Shown: in pieces, positions 56,682 to 64,000 of the stretch
How the letters are laid out: every line of letters begins with the position of its first letter
Numbering within the stretch: the stretch's first letter is position 1
From: Planctomycetota bacterium
GTDB taxonomy: Bacteria > Planctomycetota > UBA8108 > SXIK01
Direction of reading: 5' to 3'
DNA length: 64,000 nt
Assembly (NCBI GenBank): GCA_965223845.1
Contig: CBDCXR010000004.1
Coordinates: 5,216,001 to 5,280,000 of the forward strand
Position numbers and translations under genes: made by a program
Notes under the pieces: model-generated
What the model was told of the DNA's origin: nothing
Databases searched by the model: none
Seen by the model: only the letters and a program-made list of their open reading frames with translations

Positions 56682-58029
56682 TCAATCCCATGGACAGCAG
56701 AGCATAAACACCGCGGCACACGTCGAAGGTATTTGCACTGCACAGATGGACGATCTCCCGTACGGATCGCCCCTCTTCGATATGCTCTAGAATCCTGGCG
56801 TATTCTGCACCGATCGTCTCCGCGTCGGCTTCTTCACCGTCGATGCGTCCAAACTCCTTCTCGCCCGAGAGAATCTCTTCCTCGATGATCTTCCACTCGT
56901 CCATCCGAGAGCATAGATTCAAGAGAAACTTCTGTACCGAAAGATTGAGCTGGGCCTCGTAAAAGCTCTCGGGCAGAGATTCGTAGGGAGAGAACTCGAA
57001 TCTCGATCGTTTCGGGATGAGAATGCACTGTCGCAGAACATCGAACCCGAACGACACCATAAGTCCGTAGACGTCATCCGCGCGAATGACTCCACGATCC
57101 ACGAGCCGCAAGAAGACGGACCCGCCCCTCACCGACGTTTCATCCAACGCAGCCTGAAACTCGGAAACCGGCACGCGTCGGCCAGCACAGTAAATCGGAA
57201 AGAGTGGCCGCCGCAGTTGGAAGTGCCTCGGGTTGACGAACAGGACTCTCCCGCTCTCCAGATACACGTCGCACCAAGATCGAGGGCCTCGAGCCGCGAG
57301 AACTCCAGTCAGTTGGCGGTTTCCGAGGGATTGAATCGCGTCGGCGAAGCTGAGTGCTGCGCCGGTAGCCGCAAATAACTGTCCCGCAGACTCTTCAATC
57401 ATGTCGATCTGAGTCGCCACGTTGACGACGAAACTCGACTCCGTAAGGGAGCCTGCGACCACTTCCGCCGCTCGCGATCGAGACATCCGCGAAGTCTCAT
57501 TCATGACCCCGCCGAGACGGTCGGAAATCTGCGAAATCAGCATGGAGGCAATCTGAAGTATCTTGTGCCCTCGAGAGTTCGCGGGTATTCGCAACGACGA
57601 AGGACGCTCCCCGACGCGCTGACAAACCGTTTCGACCTGCGCTCGATCCTGCGCGTCCGCCTCGTCTTTTCTCAAAGCGAATTCGAGAGTCGCGACCATT
57701 CCCGAGTCCGTGAACGGCTTGGCCACCACTCCGAGCACGTTTGCGTGCTCCCGGTACCGTTGCCAGGCCTCCGGGGCCCGAGATGTCACTAGCAGTACGG
57801 GAATCTCTGCGGTGCTCGACTCCTCCGAGAGCGCCTTGATCGATTCCTCTCCGGACGTTCGCGTCGTACCCAGCAGAATGAGATCTGGTCGGCTCACTGC
57901 GGCGATGCGAGCCGCTTCGAATTCGCCATCGGCCACCTCGAACTCGAAACCGGCTCCCGCCAATGCGCGCGTGATACAGACTCGAGCGGTTGCGCTCTGT
58001 TCAACGACCAGAAACCGTCGGTTCGACAT
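56632..58029 (-). CDS. Pseudo-receiver + DUF4388 (PATAN-like) + winged-helix protein
   Basis: Receiver with VVEQS and DLILLG (no phospho-Asp) but KPF retained; ADAIQSL...QLTG.L......VYLE.GRV; FEF...DEW; G.RSVREI......F.VC..VY.L...GLI. Confidence 0.75.
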   Translation of the reverse strand: MSNRRFLVVEQSATARVCITRALAGAGFEFEVADGEFEAARIAAVSRPDLILLGTTRTSGEESIKALSEESSTAEIPVLLVTSRAPEAWQRYREHANVLGVVAKPFTDSGMVATLEFALRKDEADAQDRAQVETVCQRVGERPSSLRIPANSRGHKILQIASMLISQISDRLGGVMNETSRMSRSRAAEVVAGSLTESSFVVNVATQIDMIEESAGQLFAATGAALSFADAIQSLGNRQLTGVLAARGPRSWCDVYLESGRVLFVNPRHFQLRRPLFPIYCAGRRVPVSEFQAALDETSVRGGSVFLRLVDRGVIRADDVYGLMVSFGFDVLRQCILIPKRSRFEFSPYESLPESFYEAQLNLSVQKFLLNLCSRMDEWKIIEEEILSGEKEFGRIDGEEADAETIGAEYARILEHIEEGRSVREIVHLCSANTFDVCRGVYALLSMGLIGKQEEAIRESADTAR

Positions 58030-58042
58030 GACGTACTACCCG

Positions 58043-58711
58043 CTACCGATGCTCCTCGCGCGCGGAGCGACGGCTCGAGTTCGCGATGACCTGAGTCGAG
58101 CCACCGTCGCGCGCAAGCATTCGAAATCGAAGATGAAGCTGATTGTGCATCTCGCGCAATTCTGCGAGCTCGGCGGTTCGCTCCACCAATAGATCCGTGG
58201 CCACCGCTAGATCGTCGTCCCGAGTTTTGAGTCTTTCTCGCACGATCTCGAGCTCGCGCTCTCGACCGTCCAACCGCGCGCTGAGATCGGCAGCGGCGGT
58301 TAGATTCTCCTCGCGACGGGTGCCGAGCTCGCGCAATTCTCTACACTCTTCGCGCAAAGCTTCGGATTGCTTTTCGACCTCGATCAACTGCCGCTCCGAT
58401 TCCGTCAACCGAATTGCCAGCTCTGCGTATTCTTCGGCTTCCGTCTCCACCTGCTCTTCAAGTCTCGCGATCGTCAACTTGCACTCTGCAACCTCTTCAC
58501 TCTTACGCCGCGCCTCGTCTCGCCACCGATCCACCTCTTCCGTTTGGAGCGCTCGTCGGCTACCGATCAGTGCCTCGAGCCGCTCGACCGAACCGCATGC
58601 GGCTCGCTCGTCCGCCTGCGACGCCGCCAGCGCGGTTTCGAGCTCCTCGATCCGTCGACTCAGCTGTCGAATTTCCTCGCGCAGGATCGCGTCGCTCTCT
58701 CGATTCTCCAT
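58043..58711 (-). CDS. Coiled-coil hypothetical protein
   Basis: E/R/L-rich heptads throughout; within the che operon. Confidence 0.7.
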   Translation of the reverse strand: MENRESDAILREEIRQLSRRIEELETALAASQADERAACGSVERLEALIGSRRALQTEEVDRWRDEARRKSEEVAECKLTIARLEEQVETEAEEYAELAIRLTESERQLIEVEKQSEALREECRELRELGTRREENLTAAADLSARLDGRERELEIVRERLKTRDDDLAVATDLLVERTAELAELREMHNQLHLRFRMLARDGGSTQVIANSSRRSAREEHR

Positions 58712-58906
58712 CGTTCGCCAAACCAGCTAAACAAACTCTGTTTCCGCGCGCCGAACTCCGCCTGCCGCCTTTCCACCGCGTCGAAAACTTGTTCTCGTAC
58801 CACGGCGGCTCCGACGTCAGCTGGCACGATCTACAGCACCGCATGAGGACTCCGGCAGATCGGATCTGGCGAGCGTCGTGACCGAACGCTTGGTCGGTTC
58901 AAACTC

Positions 58907-59266
58907 TCAACCGCAGCGAGTGACCGCGGCCAAGAGCTCCTCGACGTCGAACGGCTTCGTCAGATACTCGTCGGCGCCTTGCCGCTCGCCCCAGTACTTA
59001 TCGCTATCTTGCGACTTCGACGTCAGGAGAATCACCGGGACCTCTCCGACTGATTCACTCTTCTTGATCGCCCGGCAGACGTCGAATCCGCTCTTGCCCG
59101 GCATGACGACGTCCAGGATCGCCAAATCCGGAGTGTGTTCTTCGACTGCCGCCAATGCAGAAACTCCGTCCGCGGTTGCGACAACCGTGTGCCCAGCGTC
59201 CGTCAGTACTTTCTGAATCAACTGCCTTTCCGACGACACGTCGTCAGCGATCACAATCTTCGCCAT
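58907..59266 (-). CDS. Single-domain response regulator, PilH-like
   Basis: MAKIVIADD, LDVVMPG.SGFDVCR, LTSKSQDSDKYWG.RQGA.EYLTKPF (PilH-type signature). Start at ATG 59266. Confidence 0.88.
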   Translation of the reverse strand: MAKIVIADDVSSERQLIQKVLTDAGHTVVATADGVSALAAVEEHTPDLAILDVVMPGKSGFDVCRAIKKSESVGEVPVILLTSKSQDSDKYWGERQGADEYLTKPFDVEELLAAVTRCG

Positions 59267-59451
59267 TCTCTGTCTCCTTCCTTCCGGTTCTTCAGGTCTC
59301 CGGCCGAGCGGCGCACTCCCCGAGCGAGCCCCGGCGACTCTCGATCGATCTGCGAGCAAGACGCGCCACCACGGATTCATCTTCCGTGGGCGTTTCCAAA
59401 TCGATTCGCCCTTAGTTCATTTCTCCTTTTTTCATTGCGGCGCTGGTTCGC

Positions 59452-59859
59452 TTACCTCATTTGCAACACGGGAACTTCCGCTCCATCGAGCTCTACGAAC
59501 TCTCTCCCGTCGGCGCACACGCCCTTTGATGACTCTTCGATCTCCACCAGCCCGACGACGCGGCTGACCTCGACCGCGCAATAAGCATTTTGCGAGCTCA
59601 ACCGAAGTACCACCCATCGCCCCTGATCCTCACCGGCTCTCTCCGGTCTCTTGACATCGAAAACGAACGCACACGAATCGAGGACGACAAGCGGTGAATT
59701 TCGATAGACGCCCAAGCCGCTCACGTAGTTCGCGGTGGCCGGGAACTTTCGACACTCGGAGGCCGGAACGTACTCGACTACGTCGTCGACCGGCATGACG
59801 AAGCGGTTTTCGTCGATTTCCGCCAACACCATCCGCAGGTTTTCGATCATGACTTGCAA
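59452..59859 (-). CDS. cheW: CheW-like adaptor
   Basis: F.MPVD.V.E, P....V.GL...R..PL.VLD, A.EV..V.G; divergent. Confidence 0.7.
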   Translation of the reverse strand: MQVMIENLRMVLAEIDENRFVMPVDDVVEYVPASECRKFPATANYVSGLGVYRNSPLVVLDSCAFVFDVKRPERAGEDQGRWVVLRLSSQNAYCAVEVSRVVGLVEIEESSKGVCADGREFVELDGAEVPVLQMR

Positions 59860-60401
59860 TCCAACTCCGAGAGAACGTCTGCGACAAATCGTCGAAGGTT
59901 CGCTGGCATCAAAACTTCCATGTCGAGAAGCAAGGTGACGGCCGCATCACGCACACAAGCGCCGCGATACGTCCTTTCGACAGCCGCCTCGACGACGCCC
60001 GTCGGCCATCGAATCTTCTCTCCGACCAGCTCGGTGAGCTCCACGATCTCTCGAACCAACATCGCGGCGACCGTCTCCCCCACACGGATCACTACGGCAC
60101 CACCGAACTCCTCGAGAGAGGTCTCGGACTTCGGCACTTCACCGTCTGCGGCAAACCGCAAGTGTCCGTACAGGTCGAACCCGAGCAGCGTCTCGTTCTC
60201 CCACTCGTGGAATCCCACGAGCGACCCGATCTCGGAGTCGACTCGACCCCATGCGTCTGGATCGACCGTGAGAATGTGCTCGACGCAGTCCGCCCGAATC
60301 CCGTAAAGCCCATCGGTCAACTCGACGATGACCCAACGCTCGGTCGCTCTCGTACGACCTCGCTCGACTCGCTCGGAGTTGTTCTGAATTACGATAGCCA
60401 A
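59847..60401 (-). CDS. cheW: CheW-like adaptor
   Basis: YGI....VE.I, G...W......FDL, A.LV.EI, LLLD; divergent. Confidence 0.7.
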   Translation of the reverse strand: MAIVIQNNSERVERGRTRATERWVIVELTDGLYGIRADCVEHILTVDPDAWGRVDSEIGSLVGFHEWENETLLGFDLYGHLRFAADGEVPKSETSLEEFGGAVVIRVGETVAAMLVREIVELTELVGEKIRWPTGVVEAAVERTYRGACVRDAAVTLLLDMEVLMPANLRRFVADVLSELDCKS

Positions 60402-60415
60402 GGCCGATCCCCGGA

Positions 60416-61495
60416 TTAGCTCGCCTTCCCTACAGCACGGAGAAGTTCGACCGAAAGATCATTCGGACTCACCACTCCGTTCACCAGACCCGTTTCCATC
60501 GCCGCCCTCGGCATTCCGTAGACCGCGCAGGATTCCTCGTTCTGCACAAGCACTTCGCCCCCCGAAGCCGCTACGGCTTCCACCCCGATCGATCCGTCAC
60601 TACCCATTCCGCTGAGAACCACCGCGCAGACTCCGCATCCGAAACCAGCCGCTGCGCTTTCGAACAGCGCGTCGACTGAGGGACGCGGCCGGGACCTACA
60701 AGTCGCTTTCTCCAAACGAACGCGCAGATCCTCCGTCACGCGCAAGTGGCTGTCTCCCGGCGCGACGTACGCCCAGCCGGCACGAACGCGTTCCCCGGAT
60801 TCACCCTCCTTCACGCACAACTGACAATCACGGTTCAATTGTTCCGCGAACGAATTCGTGAATCGCGGGGGCATGTGTTGCGCGATCACGATCGGAGCGG
60901 GAAAGTCTTCCGGAAGATCGCGAAGCGCCTTTGCCAAGACCTGGGGCGCTCCCGTCGAGCCTCCGATGCAGACCAACTTCTTGAGGTCGCTCCTCGACGG
61001 TTGGACTCCGCCCACCCGACGAGGCGGTTCCGTCTCGAGCTTTGCTCGAGTTCTCCCACTCCGCGCCTCTTCACTCCGTTCGAGATTTCGAATGACCTTC
61101 ACTCGCGCGGCGACGAGTATTTTCTCGAGCAACTCATCTTTGAGGTGCTCAATATCTAGACTCACCGATCCGCTGGGCTTCTCGATGACGTCCACCGCGC
61201 CGAGATCCAGCGCGCGAAATGTGTCTACACCCAATGTTCGAGTGTAAGAGCTAAATACGATGATGGGCTTCGGATGCTTTTTCATGATCTCAGCGATGGC
61301 ATCGACTCCGCCCATTTTCGGCATGAACAGATCCATCGTGATGACGTCGGGATCTAGTGTCGTGGCCTTCTCGATCGCTTCGACACCGTTGCGAGCGCAT
61401 CCTACGACTTCAATTGCCGGATCGCTTTCAACGAGCTCCCGGATTCGATTCTGCATATACATTGAATCGTCTACGATCAAAACCGATATGCTCAC
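60416..61495 (-). CDS. cheB: Chemotaxis methylesterase CheB (REC + methylesterase)
   Basis: VLIVDDS, DVITMD..MP; catalytic GGSTG, QHMP, PSVD.LF, SGMG.DG, VYGMP. Confidence 0.95.
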   Translation of the reverse strand: MSISVLIVDDSMYMQNRIRELVESDPAIEVVGCARNGVEAIEKATTLDPDVITMDLFMPKMGGVDAIAEIMKKHPKPIIVFSSYTRTLGVDTFRALDLGAVDVIEKPSGSVSLDIEHLKDELLEKILVAARVKVIRNLERSEEARSGRTRAKLETEPPRRVGGVQPSRSDLKKLVCIGGSTGAPQVLAKALRDLPEDFPAPIVIAQHMPPRFTNSFAEQLNRDCQLCVKEGESGERVRAGWAYVAPGDSHLRVTEDLRVRLEKATCRSRPRPSVDALFESAAAGFGCGVCAVVLSGMGSDGSIGVEAVAASGGEVLVQNEESCAVYGMPRAAMETGLVNGVVSPNDLSVELLRAVGKAS

Positions 61496-61519
61496 GACTG
61501 TAGTTCGCCGCTTGCTGTC

Positions 61520-63988
61520 CTAAGAGAGCACACGATCCTCGGTCAGTTTCTCCACTTGGCCGAGCAGCTCGGTCTGCGTAAACGGCTTGCCGAGATACGC
61601 ATTGGCTCCAAGCTCGAAGGCTCTTCGAACGTGCTTCTGGCCGCTCCGAGAGGAAACGACGATGATCGGTAGATCACTGATCTCTTGCGTTCGACGAATC
61701 TCCGCGATCAGTTCGTAACCGTGCATTTGCGGCATCTCGAGATCGGTGACAAGCGCGAGGTACCGATTGGCGCGAAGAAACTCGAGAGCATTCAAGCCGT
61801 CGACAGCGAGATCTACTTCGTAACCGGCGTCTCCAAGGAGACGGCTAGCGACCTTCCGGACGGAGATGGAATCGTCCGCCACGAGGATGCGTCGCCTTGT
61901 CTCCGCGGCCCCCGGAGATGTCGTACTCTCCGGCGTCCCGTCGATCTCGAGGTCACGAATCGCGGCTTGATCTCCAACGAGCTGCACGTCGGATCCGATC
62001 ACCGAGGGTACGTCGACGATAAACGACACTCGCCCGTCACCACCGATCGTCGCACCAGATAGGTGGCGGAGATTCTTCATGAATTCCCCGTTCGTCTTGA
62101 CGACGATCTCTTGACGAGCGATGACTCGGTCGACCAACACTGCGACTCTTCGATCGTCCAGCGTGACGATGACGGCCGTCCTGCCCTCCGCGTTGACCGC
62201 TTCACTCGGTGAGCAGTGCAAGCCGAACAGTCCGTCGAGTCGCAGAAGGGGAACTACCGCCCCTCGAATCCTCAGGATTTCGTTCCCCGAAACGAGCTCT
62301 ATTCTCCGCGGATCGACGACCATCGCCTCTTCCACGTAATTGAGCGGAAGGGCAAAGGTCTCCCCACCGGACTGCACGAGCAGGGCCTCGTTCACCGCGA
62401 GAGTCAGCGGTACTCGGATCAGGAACCGAGAGCCCCGTCCCTCTACGGTCTGTACGGATATCGTCCCGTTGATATCGCGAATCGCCGCCGCTACCGCATC
62501 CAGCCCCACGCCCCGACCGGAAACGTCGTTGACCGTACTTCGCGTGGAGAACCCCGGGCGAAACATGAGCTCGAGTAGCTCCTCCTTCGTTGGCTGCCCG
62601 GATCCGGGTAGGTATCCCAACTCGACTCCTCGAGCGCGCACGGCGGCCAAATCCACTCCACCTCCGTCGTCGACGACCTCCAGTCCGAAAGCACCGCCCT
62701 CCTGAAAAGCACGCAGGAGAAGAGATCCCGATCGCGGCTTCTTCAGACCCACTCGACTCTTCGGATCTTCGATCCCATGGCTGACGGCATTTCGGACCAG
62801 ATGAAGCAACGGTTCGAACAATCGATCCACGATGGCCTTGTCCAGCTCTGCGTCTCCGCCCGAAAGCGTCAGCTCGACTTCTTTTCCCTCACGTCGCGCT
62901 GCGTCTCGAATCGGTCGACGGAGGCGCTCGAGGACGGCGCTCGCTGGGATCATCCGCAGTTGTGTGACTTCGCGCTGAATCGTCGAGCTCACCTTGGCGA
63001 ACGCGGTCGACTCCTCGCCCACCTCGAGGAAGAAATGATCGAGCTGCGTCATGATCTCGGACACATCCGTCGTAATCTCGAGTAGCCCACGACAGAGGAT
63101 GTTGAAGTCGTCGTAGCGGTCGAACTCGAGCTCCGAAAACTGCTGATCGCCGTCAAACTGCTGAGCTCTAGCGTTGATCGAGCCGCTGATCTTGGTCCCG
63201 AATTCGTATTTGATCTGAAACTGATTCACCAGATCGATCAGGTGGTCTTTCCTCGTCGTCAGCTCGTCTCGAATCGCGGTGAGATCCTTGATCCGATTCG
63301 CGAGTCGAGTCCGAGTCGTGATCAACTCGGCGACCAAGTTCATCAGCGTGTCCACTCGATCGGCCTCGACTCGGATCACTCGCCGCTCCCGACTCGTTCG
63401 CTCCGTCGGCTTCGATGGACCCGTTCGCTCGGTCACCGGCTTCGGTGCTCGGTCCCCCGGTTCACTTCGGGAATCGAGATCGGACCGAGCTCCAGGCAGA
63501 TTGCCCGCTTCTTCCTCCTCGTCTGCCTCGCACTCTTCCCAGGTCTCCGACTCACCCAGCTGGCTCCGCACGGCGATCGGCGACCCGGAGACTCGTTTCA
63601 GCTCGCGCGCGATCGACTTCTCGAACTCCTCGATGGATCCGCTGGAATCCGGATCGACTCCGGTCGCCCGAGCAAGCTCTTCTTGAATGTGATCTACCCC
63701 CGACAGCATGAGATCCACGAACTCCGACGAGACGGAGCTCGTCGACCCTTCCGCTAGAGACTCCAGCAAGTCTTCGAGCGAACCTGCGACGCGTCCGATG
63801 GTCTCGAGACCCACCATGGTCGAGGCGCCCTTGATGGTGTGAATGGCACGAAACATCACCGCGACCTGATCTAAGTCGCTGGGATCTTTCTCCAAACGAA
63901 GCGCCGCCTGAACGAACTCGTCAAGGTTCTCGGCCACGTCGGCGAGAAAGAACTGCAGATCGTCCTCGCCGCTCGAGTTGCTCCGCAT
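61520..63988 (-). CDS. cheA: Hybrid CheA/ChpA-like kinase (Hpt, dimerisation, HATPase, CheW, REC)
   Basis: FRAIHTIKG (Hpt), ELEFDRY (ChpA-like insert), HLVRNAVSHGIE, DDGGG, PGFST, GRGVGLD, PLTLA; C-terminal DDS..VR..TDLEMP..KPF. Confidence 0.93.
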   Translation of the reverse strand: MRSNSSGEDDLQFFLADVAENLDEFVQAALRLEKDPSDLDQVAVMFRAIHTIKGASTMVGLETIGRVAGSLEDLLESLAEGSTSSVSSEFVDLMLSGVDHIQEELARATGVDPDSSGSIEEFEKSIARELKRVSGSPIAVRSQLGESETWEECEADEEEEAGNLPGARSDLDSRSEPGDRAPKPVTERTGPSKPTERTSRERRVIRVEADRVDTLMNLVAELITTRTRLANRIKDLTAIRDELTTRKDHLIDLVNQFQIKYEFGTKISGSINARAQQFDGDQQFSELEFDRYDDFNILCRGLLEITTDVSEIMTQLDHFFLEVGEESTAFAKVSSTIQREVTQLRMIPASAVLERLRRPIRDAARREGKEVELTLSGGDAELDKAIVDRLFEPLLHLVRNAVSHGIEDPKSRVGLKKPRSGSLLLRAFQEGGAFGLEVVDDGGGVDLAAVRARGVELGYLPGSGQPTKEELLELMFRPGFSTRSTVNDVSGRGVGLDAVAAAIRDINGTISVQTVEGRGSRFLIRVPLTLAVNEALLVQSGGETFALPLNYVEEAMVVDPRRIELVSGNEILRIRGAVVPLLRLDGLFGLHCSPSEAVNAEGRTAVIVTLDDRRVAVLVDRVIARQEIVVKTNGEFMKNLRHLSGATIGGDGRVSFIVDVPSVIGSDVQLVGDQAAIRDLEIDGTPESTTSPGAAETRRRILVADDSISVRKVASRLLGDAGYEVDLAVDGLNALEFLRANRYLALVTDLEMPQMHGYELIAEIRRTQEISDLPIIVVSSRSGQKHVRRAFELGANAYLGKPFTQTELLGQVEKLTEDRVLS

Positions 63989-64000
63989 GGGCGTGGCCGC

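Noticed and set aside
58560-58844. 94-aa ORF MRCCRSC... inside the che operon
   Set aside because: Overlaps the coiled-coil gene out of frame, with no motif support.

Overview
High-GC bacterial DNA, very probably from a Planctomycetota genome. The evidence is a PVC-type CxxCH dehydrogenase, a PSCyt1/DUF1549/DUF1553 plus DUF1501 pair, a planctomycete-type dockerin-like tail and an ECF sigma paired with a Ser/Thr kinase. About 50 genes are supportable. Left to right: a sigma54 (NtrC-type) regulator, a Cys-rich PAS histidine kinase and an iron-centre repair (Ric) gene; CMD, MerR (with a textbook 19-bp-spacer MerR promoter) and an MGMT/ATL-like gene; ECF sigma, kinase-PEGA-FGE and a tandem L-lectin/dockerin-like protein; an SGNH plus PVC heme-binding pair; rtcB; the RDD-RDD-SpoIIM-membrane-DUF4129-DUF4350-MoxR-DUF58 operon; cinA; an internally deleted vapBC-like remnant; a HEAT protein; a DtxR-family regulator and bacilliredoxin; mscS; a lipoprotein plus a 1939-aa six-module DUF748/AsmA-like protein; a methyltransferase; a pseudo-receiver HD-GYP and a DUF4388 protein; a PSCyt/DUF1501/WD40 cluster; and a lower-GC Chp/Pil-like chemosensory operon running to the right edge. 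The most unusual non-coding signal is a dispersed family of ~43-bp inverted repeats built from four phased CGAAG units, whose two arms co-vary within each copy. No rRNA, tRNA, CRISPR array, integrase, transposase or reverse transcriptase was recognised. All calls are from motif reading by eye; no database searches were run.
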